Of a stretch of 64,000 nucleotides of DNA, positions 53,677-63,511 are shown in pieces. The translations under genes and the position numbers were made by a program. Under the pieces are notes generated by a model that was given only the letters and a program-made list of their open reading frames with translations, ran no database searches and was not told where the DNA came from. Source of the stretch: an uncultured Eubacteriales bacterium (lineage in GTDB: Bacteria > Acidobacteriota > Aminicenantia > Aminicenantales > Aminicenantaceae); assembly GCA_964406575.1 (NCBI GenBank), contig CAYOSH010000018.1, positions 817 through 64,816 of the forward strand, given 5' to 3'. The stretch's first letter is position 1; every line of letters starts with the position of its first letter.

Positions 53677-55620
53677 ATGTTTCAGGTTCGGGATTTGGAT
53701 TATGCGGTCAGCGGCAGGACGTTGATGACGGATATCAACTGGGCCATCCAACCGGGAAAGCGCTCGGCTCTCATCGGTCCCAACGGTGCGGGCAAGACTA
53801 CACTTCTTCGCCTTATAATCGGTGAGCTCCAGCCTGATAAAGGCTCTATCCATAGACCCAAAGATTACCAGATCGGTTATCTGCCCCAAGAAGAGATAAG
53901 CGTGTACGGAGAATCTGTCTTGGATACGGCTTTGGCCGGACACGAGAAAATCGCAGAATTGGAGAGAAAGATAAATGAGGTGCACAAAGCCCTGGATGCA
54001 TCTTTGGATAACCCAGCAAAACTCTTAAATAAACTCGGGGATCTGGAACATCAGTATGAGGCTTTAGGCGGATACCGTTTGGAGTCTAGAGCCAAAATCA
54101 TCCTGTTCGGCCTTGGCTTTTGTGAGGCAGATTTTCTTCGGTCTCTGTCCGAGATGAGCGGCGGGTGGAGGATGCGCGTCTATCTCGCTCGCTTGCTTCT
54201 GCAGAATCCGGAGCTTCTTCTATTGGATGAGCCGACCAATCATCTGGACCTGCCTTCCCTTGAATGGCTGGAGCAATATCTTCTGCAGTTTCCAGGAAGT
54301 GTAGTCCTCGTCTCCCATGACCGCTTTTTTATCGATCGTCTTGCCCACGATGTGTATGAACTGGCTCAGAAGAGGTTGGAGCATTATGCGGGCAACTATC
54401 ATTTTTTCGAGCGAGAGAAAGAGAAGCGGATCCAGTTGCAGCGGAAAAAGATGGAGGCCCAACAGGCAGAGAGAAGACGTCAGGAGCGATTCATCGAGAG
54501 GTTTCGCGCCAAAGCCACAAAAGCCAGCCAGGTTCAGAGCCGGATCAAACATCTCGAGAAGCTGGATAGAGTTGATCTCCCGCCACCCCCCCGCCGGATC
54601 AATTTCCAATTGAATGTGGAGATGAAGAGCTTCAAAGATGTCCTCCACATTGAGAACATGTTTTTTCGCTATGAGAAGTCTCGGGTGCTGGAAAATGTGC
54701 AGTTGATCATCTCCAGGGGTGAACGGGTGGCGCTCGTCGGAGCGAACGGTGCCGGCAAGACAACTCTGACGCGCCTTATCGTTGGCCAGCTTTCTTGTCT
54801 GAGTGGGACAATTAAGCTGGGGAAAAGAACATCTGTGGGATATTATGCACAACATCAGTTGGATATGCTGAATCCCGAAGAGAGTATCTACGATGAGGTC
54901 TTGTCGAGTGCAGCGGAGAGTCACGTACCGCGAATCAGGGATGTTCTCGGAGCTTTCCAGTTCAGCGGCGATGATGTTTTTAAAAAGATCAAGGTCCTCT
55001 CCGGAGGTGAGAAGGCCAGAGTCTCACTGGTAAAGATCCTCCTCTCTCCTGTGAATTTCCTTGTCATGGACGAGCCCACCAATCACTTGGATCTCATCTC
55101 TGTCGAAGCATTGGAACAAGCTTTGATACATTATGAGGGAACCCTCCTAGTGATCTCCCATGATCGTTATTTTCTGGATAAAATCGTGGATCGTGTTATC
55201 GAAATGAGAGATGGAAACCTCACAGAATACCTTGGAAATTATTCAGATTATTTGACTAAGAGAATGCGCGAGTCAGTAGATACCATGGGAACTGAAACGA
55301 AGAAACGATCACTGACTCCTGGACATAAAACCAGGAACCAGAAACGCCTGGAAGCTGAAGCCAGGCAGGCAATCAGTAGAGAACGAAATAGGCTGGAGAA
55401 AGAGATCGATGAGGTCGAGACAAAAATCGAGAGTTTGGAAGTCAATAAAAAAGAGATCGAGGCTAAGTTGGTCCAAACGGAAACCTACCGGGATGGGCAG
55501 CGGGCCCTAAAAATACAGAAGGATTACTCCCGCTTGAAAAAGGACCTAGAGGGTAGTTATGGCAGATGGGAACAGTTGAAGCTGGATCTCGATGGCCTAT
55601 TGGCTAAGCTCAACTCATGA
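53677..55620 (+). CDS. ABC-F family ATPase (two ABC domains, no TM domain)
   Basis: Walker A GPNGAGKTTL and GANGAGKTTL. Signatures LSGGWRMR and LSGGEKARV. Charged linker and C-terminal coiled coil. Confidence 0.93.
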   Translation: MFQVRDLDYAVSGRTLMTDINWAIQPGKRSALIGPNGAGKTTLLRLIIGELQPDKGSIHRPKDYQIGYLPQEEISVYGESVLDTALAGHEKIAELERKINEVHKALDASLDNPAKLLNKLGDLEHQYEALGGYRLESRAKIILFGLGFCEADFLRSLSEMSGGWRMRVYLARLLLQNPELLLLDEPTNHLDLPSLEWLEQYLLQFPGSVVLVSHDRFFIDRLAHDVYELAQKRLEHYAGNYHFFEREKEKRIQLQRKKMEAQQAERRRQERFIERFRAKATKASQVQSRIKHLEKLDRVDLPPPPRRINFQLNVEMKSFKDVLHIENMFFRYEKSRVLENVQLIISRGERVALVGANGAGKTTLTRLIVGQLSCLSGTIKLGKRTSVGYYAQHQLDMLNPEESIYDEVLSSAAESHVPRIRDVLGAFQFSGDDVFKKIKVLSGGEKARVSLVKILLSPVNFLVMDEPTNHLDLISVEALEQALIHYEGTLLVISHDRYFLDKIVDRVIEMRDGNLTEYLGNYSDYLTKRMRESVDTMGTETKKRSLTPGHKTRNQKRLEAEARQAISRERNRLEKEIDEVETKIESLEVNKKEIEAKLVQTETYRDGQRALKIQKDYSRLKKDLEGSYGRWEQLKLDLDGLLAKLNS

Positions 55621-55630
55621 ATACTCCAAG

Positions 55631-56728
55631 CTAGCTGTTTTTTAACACATTGTTCAATCGCCTGAGAGTCCCCATAACCGGAATGATTTTTCTCGACCGG
55701 ATCCATTGGAAATAGGGACAGTCAAAGCAGGGGATATCTTCCCGGGGCTTAACCTTCCCCTGAAGCATTTTTTTTGTGTAGGTGTATTTTTCACTCTTGA
55801 GGCAGCTCTCGAGTCCTTCGTCGAAAACATTGCCGAAATCTCTCCTTCGGTTCACACAGCATCCGAGAAGTTTTCCGTCCCAGTTGATCTGTGGAGAATC
55901 CCAGAGCTGATAACAATAAGGCATATACAATCTTTTGTGCCCTTGCTCGTAATCATCTCGTGTGGCATAGCCCACTTCCCGTCTCACAAAATCCTTATCC
56001 CTGACCGGTGAATAGGATTCGTTCCAATTCAACTTGACCACAAATTCCATATCCAGGTCTTTAGACATCTTTTTGGCTGCGGGCAACTCGTGTTCATTGT
56101 GGCCAAAGATCACAAACTGCCAGACCATACGAGGGAATTTTCTTCCGTACTTGTGTTTGTAATGATTGATGCGCTTTATGTTATCCAAAACGGCGTCAAA
56201 ATCTCCTCCGCTGCGGTAGATTCGGTAGGTGTCTTTGGAGGCCCCATCGATAGAGACATAGATGATTTTGAATCTGAATTTGACAAGAGCCTCTAAAATG
56301 TCATCGCCCACCTCGTTGAGGTTTACACCGTTCAGTGCGGTAAGGTTTATTTTTTTTGAGTGAGCGAGCATGATGATGTCCTTGAGCTCAGGGTTTAAGA
56401 AGATCTCTCCATAATTGGATAGTTCGATATTTCGGATGCGGGGATTCTGTTCGACGAAGTTCTGGAAATCGGAAAATCGGAGATAACCCCGGCCCACAAT
56501 TCCGGTTTTTCCTTGGGCCAATGGACAGACCTGGCATCTGAGTTGACATAGAGAGGACGCTTCAAGACGCACGGTGCTTCCGATCAATTTGTACTTGAAC
56601 AGAGAGATGACACTGTCTTTCATAATATAAAATATATTCGCGAGGCCGAATTCATGGAGCAGGGACCACAAGTGTTTGAGCCGTTTTGTTTTGCTGGATT
56701 TTTCTTTTCTGCTCTTTTTCGCGTTCAT
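55631..56728 (-). CDS. radical SAM enzyme with Cys-rich SPASM/twitch-like C-terminal domain
   Basis: CQLRCQVCP is a CX3CX2C motif. The C-terminal CYQLW..INWDGKLLGCC..C..(FDCPYF) is Cys-rich. ATG at 56728 is preceded by AAGGA; the track uses GTG at 56752. Confidence 0.85.
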   Translation of the reverse strand: MNAKKSRKEKSSKTKRLKHLWSLLHEFGLANIFYIMKDSVISLFKYKLIGSTVRLEASSLCQLRCQVCPLAQGKTGIVGRGYLRFSDFQNFVEQNPRIRNIELSNYGEIFLNPELKDIIMLAHSKKINLTALNGVNLNEVGDDILEALVKFRFKIIYVSIDGASKDTYRIYRSGGDFDAVLDNIKRINHYKHKYGRKFPRMVWQFVIFGHNEHELPAAKKMSKDLDMEFVVKLNWNESYSPVRDKDFVRREVGYATRDDYEQGHKRLYMPYCYQLWDSPQINWDGKLLGCCVNRRRDFGNVFDEGLESCLKSEKYTYTKKMLQGKVKPREDIPCFDCPYFQWIRSRKIIPVMGTLRRLNNVLKNS

Positions 56729-56955
56729 GAAGGTGTCCTTAAAATAACACACACTGTCGCCATTCGGCTAGAAATATTCATCTTGTTTGGATGTCAAGTC
56801 GCATTTCCAATTCCGTGATGCTATGGATACTTAATAGCGTTATTGAGAGATCAGATTTTGTGATTGGAAAAACCGTGTTTTTGATATCATATAATCTGAT
56901 CACTCGGAAAAACATAAAAGCGGATTTGGAAATGCTAGCTGAGTTCCCTCCTTTC

Positions 56956-56984
56956 TTGACAACAACTCGTAATGACAATAGAAT
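56956..56984 (+). promoter_or_regulatory. sigma70-like promoter TTGACA-N17-TAGAAT
   Basis: TTGACA at 56956-56961 and TAGAAT at 56979-56984. The -10 box ends only 18 nt before the flippase ATG (57003), and no Shine-Dalgarno sequence lies in between. Confidence 0.45.
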
Positions 56985-57002
56985 CAATGCTTATTCCTCC
57001 CC

Positions 57003-58331
57003 ATGAGAACTTCTAAATTTTTAGTTTTATTCAAATCCAGATTGGCAGGACATCTCATTTTGATGTCCGCAGGCAACATTCTATGTGCGGGATTGGCTTT
57101 TCTTGCTATCTTGATCATATCGAAAGCCGTATCTGTCAGCGACTTTGGCCTGTTCAACATCTCCATTTCCGTGATCCTCATGGTTCAACCTCTTATCAAT
57201 TTCGGCATGCTGGGCACGATGATCAAGTTTGTTTCATCTCATCTATCTAGAGATCGAAAAGACGAAGCCACTCATGTAGTCAAAGCGGTGTTCGTTATAA
57301 AAGTCACGCTCAGTCTGTTCATGTCGACCTTTATTTTTCTGTTGGCTGATCCTTTAGCCCGACATATATTTCAGCTGCCTTCACTTTTCCCCCTCCTCCG
57401 AATGGCTGCGGGGGGGATTTTTTTCCTGTCGATGTTCAACTATGTGAAAGCGACGCTGTGGGCCTACAAGAAGTTCCGTGCCTACGTGGTTATTCAATTC
57501 CTCACCGACGCCGCCAAAGTTTTAACCATAAGTGTTCTGTTCCTGATCTCCGGACTGACTGTTTTTTCAGCAATAACCGTGTTTTCTCTTCTTCCTCTTT
57601 TGGGGATTTGTCTCGGATTTGTCTACTTTTGGGAAGTCTTTTCCTCTAAGGGTGTACATACGCCTAAGCTGTACTTCCAGCTCTATTCGTTCGGAAAATG
57701 GTTGTTTTTGAGCAACTTGGGTCGACGATTTTTTTTATACATTGGCGTGATCATGCTCGCCCGAATGCTGGACAGCGAAGCTGCGGGCATCTATGGCCTG
57801 GCTCTCAATCTCACACACATTTTTCCCATCATTGTCGCCACCTTGACATCTGTTCTCCTGCCGGAGGTGAGCCGCTTCCGAGAAAAAGAGCAGTTCACGT
57901 TATATTACTGGCAATCCCTGAAGATTTGTGCAGGCTTTGGTCTTCTTCTAGCTCCATTACTTTTTCTCGCCAAAGATATCATCCTCTTCTTTTTTGGAGA
58001 ACGATATTTTGGGTCCATCCCCGTTTTTATTTGGTTAGCTCTGAGTTTTTTATTTTTTGCTTTTTCCCACATCCTCCGTCCCATCCTTCTCGCGCTGGAT
58101 AAGCCCCAAATCGTGACATATACAGATTTGGTGAGTGTCATCGTGATGCTTGTGGGGTGTTATGCCTTCATCCCCAAGTTGGGCGTACTTGCGCCGGCCA
58201 TAACGGCCTTTGTTATAAACATTTGTTCAATGGTGTTCCTCGCCATCTATACCATCCGTCACATACACCGGACAGAGATGTTTATCGAAACTGATGGAAT
58301 TTCTGTAATTCCTGATTACAACTCAACCTGA
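57003..58331 (+). CDS. Wzx-like oligosaccharide flippase (polysaccharide biosynthesis/MOP family)
   Basis: 442 aa, about 12-14 TM helices. The N-terminal pattern ..LILMSAGNILCAGLAFLAILIISKAVSVSDFG is typical of Wzx/MOP flippases. Confidence 0.88.
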   Translation: MRTSKFLVLFKSRLAGHLILMSAGNILCAGLAFLAILIISKAVSVSDFGLFNISISVILMVQPLINFGMLGTMIKFVSSHLSRDRKDEATHVVKAVFVIKVTLSLFMSTFIFLLADPLARHIFQLPSLFPLLRMAAGGIFFLSMFNYVKATLWAYKKFRAYVVIQFLTDAAKVLTISVLFLISGLTVFSAITVFSLLPLLGICLGFVYFWEVFSSKGVHTPKLYFQLYSFGKWLFLSNLGRRFFLYIGVIMLARMLDSEAAGIYGLALNLTHIFPIIVATLTSVLLPEVSRFREKEQFTLYYWQSLKICAGFGLLLAPLLFLAKDIILFFFGERYFGSIPVFIWLALSFLFFAFSHILRPILLALDKPQIVTYTDLVSVIVMLVGCYAFIPKLGVLAPAITAFVINICSMVFLAIYTIRHIHRTEMFIETDGISVIPDYNST

Positions 58332-58342
58332 ATTTTAGGACT

Positions 58343-59254
58343 TCAGGGGCTTTTGTCATCGTCGTTTCCTCTGATATAGCCAACGACTTCTCCCATGGAC
58401 CAGGAGAATACCGCAAAAAACAGCAAGGGAGACGTTTTAAAAAAGTGGAAGATATAAGATGGGCTGTAAAAAACCATAAGACCTCTTTCCAAAAAGAGTT
58501 TTATCGGAAGGAGCGGAGAGAGAAAGACATACACAAGCCTCTTTCCAATAGAGAATTTTTGCGCTTTGACGCGCACAGTCGCGAAGTTTTTCCCGTGCTT
58601 ATATTCGTGCCGCATCAGTTGAGCAAAATGGCTGATGTTCTGATGGCCGACGAGCATTGAGGGTTCGAATCGCAGGCGGTGTCCAGCTTTTCGGAGCCTC
58701 CAGTGAAATTCTGTGTCCGAGCAATATGTTCCCTCGATGAATTTGCCGAATTTTTCAAAGGATTCTCTCTTATAGGACATATTCGCCCCCGCGATATCCT
58801 TTTTCCAGCCAGGGCGTTGTGTGGGTATCCAAGCGCTGAATTCACAAAAATAAGCGGCCCAGCCCACGTAACTCTGGGGATTGCCGTTCGCGATGGCGCC
58901 GCCAATGGCGAGGTGCGGCGTGCGGTGAGCCTTAACGATTGCCTCAATCCAGTTTTCATCGGCTGTGCAATCGGCATCGGTGATCGCGATAATATCTCCT
59001 CGAGCGAGAGCTATCCCCTGATTGCGTGCCGTCCCGACATATTTTCTTTCCGGCAATACACACAAGCGCACGTCTGGAAATTTGTCTTTGACAAGATCGC
59101 CAGTGCCATCTTGAGAGCTGTCCACTACGATGACTTCAAAGGGATTTGATGTTTTTTGTCTGAGCAATGATTTGAGGCATTTTTCGATGGTCGTTTTAGA
59201 ATTGTAAGACGCAACTATGACCGAAATTTTGGGTTTCTCTGTGTTAGTTGGCAT
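58343..59254 (-). CDS. glycosyltransferase family 2
   Basis: ISVIVASYNS..EVIVVDSSQDGT..ITDADC (DXD) is a GT-A signature. The C-terminal region is hydrophobic. Confidence 0.9.
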   Translation of the reverse strand: MPTNTEKPKISVIVASYNSKTTIEKCLKSLLRQKTSNPFEVIVVDSSQDGTGDLVKDKFPDVRLCVLPERKYVGTARNQGIALARGDIIAITDADCTADENWIEAIVKAHRTPHLAIGGAIANGNPQSYVGWAAYFCEFSAWIPTQRPGWKKDIAGANMSYKRESFEKFGKFIEGTYCSDTEFHWRLRKAGHRLRFEPSMLVGHQNISHFAQLMRHEYKHGKNFATVRVKAQKFSIGKRLVYVFLSPLLPIKLFLERGLMVFYSPSYIFHFFKTSPLLFFAVFSWSMGEVVGYIRGNDDDKSP

Positions 59255-60143
59255 CGTCTCCGAATAGATAACCCGCGCATTCTCCCCCCATCCAGATGAA
59301 CAGAGTGAGAAGAAGCTGGGGTGAGCAGAGGAGAAAGTTTTTCAAGAATGTTGTGTGGCACCTCGCATGATTGAAAATCCTCACATATTCCAGAATAGCG
59401 ATCAACGGTGCAAGGAGAGTGTAGAGGAGCCGCCTGGGGAGCGAAAATCCTCTGCGAGCGGCATACAAGCGTCCGTACTGAAAGCGTTTTCTGCTGAAAA
59501 ACATCGCTCTTTTTTCATTGAAATGGCTGGTTCGTACTTCGGGTGCAAAGTAAAGGCTATAACCGCTTTTTCTGGCTTTGTGAAAAAAATGGGATTCAAG
59601 TTTGAATCGCTCTTGGGAGAATGCTCCGAGTTCTTGCAAGACAGGTCTCGCACAGGCAAAATTGGAGCCTGGCAGGTCATCCCTTGGCCCTTCTTTCAGG
59701 CATGGCAGCCACTTGTGATACTCGCAGAAATACTGGACCCAACTGGAAATTGTTTCGGGATTTCCGTTGTCGACAGACCCTCCCACGATCTCAGAGCCCT
59801 TATCGAACGCTGACACGAGTTTTTTGAGATAGTTTGCATGAATGATAACGTGATCCTCGAAAAAAGCCAGAAATTGCCCTTTGGCGTGTTTGACGGCAAT
59901 GTTCCGGAAATAACCCCCTGGGATCGCATTTTCTGCCTGTATAAACCGCACCCAGGGATACTGGTCCCGGAATAACATTTCCCTCTCTTTCTTTTTCAGG
60001 GCGACGATGATGACTTCATGGGGGATATCATCCTCGAGCAATCGAACCGATTCTAAGAATTGATAGACGATGTCCGTTCCTTCCTCCTCATTCATCCCGG
60101 CGATGATAGAGACCAGGGGGAAACTTTTTTCATTGTGTGTCAT
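59244..60143 (-). CDS. GT2-like paralog with degenerate catalytic motifs
   Basis: It aligns along its length with the 58343-59254 product (GG.v.NGNP....W..YFCE, G.N, WxxGE..GY). EDH replaces DAD, and the VVDSSQDG block is missing. Confidence 0.8.
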   Translation of the reverse strand: MTHNEKSFPLVSIIAGMNEEEGTDIVYQFLESVRLLEDDIPHEVIIVALKKKEREMLFRDQYPWVRFIQAENAIPGGYFRNIAVKHAKGQFLAFFEDHVIIHANYLKKLVSAFDKGSEIVGGSVDNGNPETISSWVQYFCEYHKWLPCLKEGPRDDLPGSNFACARPVLQELGAFSQERFKLESHFFHKARKSGYSLYFAPEVRTSHFNEKRAMFFSRKRFQYGRLYAARRGFSLPRRLLYTLLAPLIAILEYVRIFNHARCHTTFLKNFLLCSPQLLLTLFIWMGGECAGYLFGDDAN

Positions 60144-61260
60144 GATGACTGGCCCTCCATAGAGCCGTTAAAGGAGATAGCCACCGCTGAACGCGATAGA
60201 TTTTTTTGTTGTCTTTCACAAAACAGCAGTACTGGCAATTGCATGATCCCTGAAGAGAGGCAAGCCCTTTGGCTGTTTTTGTCTTGGCACGAAATTCGCG
60301 CATGGACGGACCATTCCATATGTCTCTAAATGAACTTTTATACACATTACCGAATTCGACATAAGAGGAACACCGACCGCAGGGCTGGACAGAGCCGTCG
60401 GCCCTGATCCTTGAATGATACCAACTGACATAACAGGGGAGATGTTCCCAGACCGATGGTCCGAGCCTTAACCTTGTGCAGGCCTCATCGATATTGTGTG
60501 TAATGGCATGAGAGGCGAACTTTTTTTCCGCCTTCAAGAGAGATTTTTGGAACAGTTCGCTTTGCTCTGGTGAAAGGATGTAAGTGTCCAATTCTTCCCT
60601 GATGTTGACCATCGGAGAAAAGGATACGGAACTGCTGCCCGCACGAGCTGCCAGGTCTATCATTGCGTTCACCGATTGATAGTTTGTGTTATTGATGACG
60701 AAATGGATCTGTATGGCAGGGAAATGTGTGTTCACCTTTTTTTTAAGATCGCCCAGCCGGTTCAAACCTTCCTCGACCCTATGAAAGGTTTCTGTTTTTG
60801 TTCCCGGGTAATTTTTTGCGAACTGCTCCTCTGAAATCGCCCACAGGGAGATCTTGAGAGTGTCCAGGCCCACATCTGAAAGAGCTTGGATGATATTTGC
60901 GTTAAGGAGGGTGCCGTTTGTCATCAATATGACAAAAAAGCCGAGTTTTTTACCGATCTGCACACACTCGACAAGATGAGGATAGAGGAATGGTTCCCCT
61001 GTGCCCTGGAAGATGAGTGTATGAGTGTTCATGACCTTGAGTTCTCTGCATATCCGATTCAACACATCCAACGGCATATCTTGCGGGATTTGTTTTTGTT
61101 CCCGGAGTAGTTTTTTATCCACATTATGATAGGGACATCCCAGACAATTCAGGTTGCAGCGTTCGGTCAGATCGATATCGATGTAAAAGGGGCCATTTTT
61201 AGCCCTGTCTCCCATGAGCAATCCGGTCAATAGTTTTATTTTTTGTTCGAATGTTGCCAT
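60130..61260 (-). CDS. radical SAM/SPASM domain enzyme
   Basis: TERCNLNCLGCPY is a CX3CX2C motif. The C-terminal CYVSW..IRADGSVQPCGRC..GNV..IWNG..CNCQYCC is SPASM-like. ATG at 61260 lies 2 nt after the upstream stop; the track N-terminal extension to 61377 overlaps the preceding GT2. Confidence 0.88.
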   Translation of the reverse strand: MATFEQKIKLLTGLLMGDRAKNGPFYIDIDLTERCNLNCLGCPYHNVDKKLLREQKQIPQDMPLDVLNRICRELKVMNTHTLIFQGTGEPFLYPHLVECVQIGKKLGFFVILMTNGTLLNANIIQALSDVGLDTLKISLWAISEEQFAKNYPGTKTETFHRVEEGLNRLGDLKKKVNTHFPAIQIHFVINNTNYQSVNAMIDLAARAGSSSVSFSPMVNIREELDTYILSPEQSELFQKSLLKAEKKFASHAITHNIDEACTRLRLGPSVWEHLPCYVSWYHSRIRADGSVQPCGRCSSYVEFGNVYKSSFRDIWNGPSMREFRAKTKTAKGLASLQGSCNCQYCCFVKDNKKIYRVQRWLSPLTALWRASHHDTQ

Positions 61261-61262
61261 TG

Positions 61263-62183
61263 TTATGACTTCCTGTTCATCCACTTGACTTTGATACCAT
61301 ATACGGTTCCATGGATGAAAAAATACGGGATGTGAATAAAGAAATAATAGGGGATAAAAACGATCAGATGTTTCCATTTTGCGTTAAGGGCCTCAAAAAT
61401 GAAGAGGTTCCGGAGGAGGAGAAAAGCCCTCCGGAAAAGATATCTATCCATGGTGGCAGCGGTTTTGTGCCAGACTTTTGCCTTTTTTGCGATGACGACA
61501 CGAGAACCGGATCGTTTGGCTCTGATGTTAAAATCGGTTTCTTCAAAATAGATCTTGTATACAGGCTTGAATGTCCCAATTTTTTTTACGAGAGAGGTTT
61601 TGATTATGTTTGAACAGCCCAGGTTCGAGTCCACGTCACTTGTCTCGATCTGTGGATCTCGAAAAATATCCTCTTTGTATTTCAGCTTCTTGAGTGTTCC
61701 TATCCAAAAATTGATCTTGTAGCCGATATTGTCTATTACTTGAGGGTATTTATATGAGTAGATAACCGGTGCGACGACTCCAATGCGTGTATCGCTTTGA
61801 CCGATCTCGATCAGATGAGTGAGGGCGTCGTCATGGACAATGACATCATTGTTGCATATCCAGACATATTCAACCCCTGATTCGAGCCCGTGATGGAATC
61901 CTTGGTTCACAGCATGGACATAGCCCATGTTTTTGGAGTTCTTCTCGAGAACAACATCCGGATAGGCTTTAGCGATAGCGGCCTGTGATCCGTCGGTCGA
62001 CCCATTGTCCACAACCAGAATCCTGAATTTCTCCATCGGGTAGTTCATATTCATCAAAGATTTCAGGCATTCCAAGACATCGTCCCTCCCATTCCAATTC
62101 ACGACCACGATCAAAACATTTGGCCAGGACGTCAGGGCTCCAGATCCCTCTCTCGATGAAGCTTTGTCTCTATCTGTGTTCAT
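61263..62183 (-). CDS. glycosyltransferase family 2
   Basis: VLIVVVNWNG..ILVVDNGSTDGS..NMGYVHAVNQG..NNDV is the rhamnosyltransferase-type GT2 pattern. Confidence 0.9.
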   Translation of the reverse strand: MNTDRDKASSREGSGALTSWPNVLIVVVNWNGRDDVLECLKSLMNMNYPMEKFRILVVDNGSTDGSQAAIAKAYPDVVLEKNSKNMGYVHAVNQGFHHGLESGVEYVWICNNDVIVHDDALTHLIEIGQSDTRIGVVAPVIYSYKYPQVIDNIGYKINFWIGTLKKLKYKEDIFRDPQIETSDVDSNLGCSNIIKTSLVKKIGTFKPVYKIYFEETDFNIRAKRSGSRVVIAKKAKVWHKTAATMDRYLFRRAFLLLRNLFIFEALNAKWKHLIVFIPYYFFIHIPYFFIHGTVYGIKVKWMNRKS

Positions 62184-62204
62184 CGTGTCTTTTCGGTTGT
62201 GAGG

Positions 62205-63215
62205 TCAATAACTTTTAATCCTTTTGGTGAATGCGTCTTTGATTATGATGATCGCCGCAAAGAGTACAAATGTGATGGTGCTGTAGAGGAGATAGAACCA
62301 ATGAAAGAGTATAGAAAAAAATGCGAATCCAAATCCTTTCTTTTTTGCGAAGAACGTGTAGAGATCTTTGTGCAAAAAAAGGAGAAGACCAGCGAGAAAA
62401 AAGGTGAGGATGCCAAGGACCGGCCACCGCCACAGGAGGCCAATACTCAGGAAGAGGAGACATGCGGCAATGCCACTGAGCCTGTCGGCCGGAGTAAAAT
62501 TCAAGTCGCGGGGCAGTCCTTTCTTTAAAGCGAGCAGTGTCCATGGAATCGCCCGATAAACGATATCCGCTTTTAAAAGACTAAAAAGAGTCCATTTTTT
62601 AAGATGGGTGACTTGCAGGTCTTTAAAAAGCCTTATGGTTTTGCCTCGTTCTTTGAGTTTGTATCCCAGTTCGACATCCTCGATGGATGCCGTTTGGAAT
62701 TCGGCAGAAAATCCTCCTGCTTCGCTGAAGTCTGCCTTCCGGATCGCGCCACATCCTGCCCAGAACGTATTCGCCTCAGTATTCGATTTTTGATGGACGT
62801 AGTGATGGAACAGATTTTTGTATTGCGAGAAAAAGTTCTTTTCCGGAGGATCGGTATCATAAGAGCCGAAGATTGCGCATATCGCAGGATTTTTCTGAAA
62901 GGCTTCGACGATTTTTGAGATTGTATCTGGATAAATCCGGACATCGGCATCCAAGAACAGGAGGATGGATCCCTGGCTGGCTTCGGCTCCACGGTTTCGT
63001 GCCTTTCCCGGCCCCATGTTCTTTTCCATCTTCAGCACAAGATCAGCGTATTGACTTGCAAACTCGGGGGAATCATCCGTGGAGTTGTCGTCCACCACGA
63101 TGAGTTCGAAATTTTTATAAGCGGATTCTCTATAAGCGGGTAATGAGTGAGCAAGATATCCTTTTGCATTGTATTCAGGGATGATTATAGAGACTTGGGG
63201 ACGAATGTCTGTCAT
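62205..63215 (-). CDS. glycosyltransferase family 2 with C-terminal transmembrane helices
   Basis: VSIIIPEYNA..LIVVDDNSTDDS..FLDADV..IEDVELGYKL, followed by 3-4 TM helices. Confidence 0.9.
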   Translation of the reverse strand: MTDIRPQVSIIIPEYNAKGYLAHSLPAYRESAYKNFELIVVDDNSTDDSPEFASQYADLVLKMEKNMGPGKARNRGAEASQGSILLFLDADVRIYPDTISKIVEAFQKNPAICAIFGSYDTDPPEKNFFSQYKNLFHHYVHQKSNTEANTFWAGCGAIRKADFSEAGGFSAEFQTASIEDVELGYKLKERGKTIRLFKDLQVTHLKKWTLFSLLKADIVYRAIPWTLLALKKGLPRDLNFTPADRLSGIAACLLFLSIGLLWRWPVLGILTFFLAGLLLFLHKDLYTFFAKKKGFGFAFFSILFHWFYLLYSTITFVLFAAIIIIKDAFTKRIKSY

Positions 63216-63511
63216 TCTAATCAGTCAGTGACCGTTTTTTATTCTATGGAGACCGGTTCTCCATGACGCACTCTTAAATCTACCAAGCTTATAACACAGC
63301 GATTATTTCAAGTCAAAATCATGGAAAGATAGCGCCCCTAATACCGTTATGAATGACGCCCGGGTGTCCCAATCGGTGATGGCAAAATCGAACGACGCAA
63401 CAGCTGTACCTCTTGATTTAATCAATGTTTGCTATCCGAGTTCGATTCGAATACAATTGGCCCACACATTTTTTGGTCTTTGAGATAATATCGATAAATC
63501 GAGGAAGTGTC

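Noticed and set aside
54220-54924. 234-aa ORF on the minus strand
   Set aside because: It is antisense to the ABC-F gene, which has unmistakable Walker/signature motifs.
61261-61377. N-terminal extension of the second radical SAM ORF (track start 61377)
   Set aside because: The extension overlaps the 3' end of the upstream GT2 gene by 115 nt. An ATG at 61260, directly after that gene's stop, gives a normal radical SAM N-terminus.
63348-63482. 44-codon ORF (MNDARVSQSV...) as a possible RiPP precursor for the radical SAM/SPASM enzymes; also 56791-57006 (71 aa)
   Set aside because: Neither has an RBS, a Cys/Gly-rich core or a leader-like pattern. The 71-aa ORF contains the predicted flippase promoter. 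Both sit in divergent promoter regions. A profile or comparative check is still advisable.
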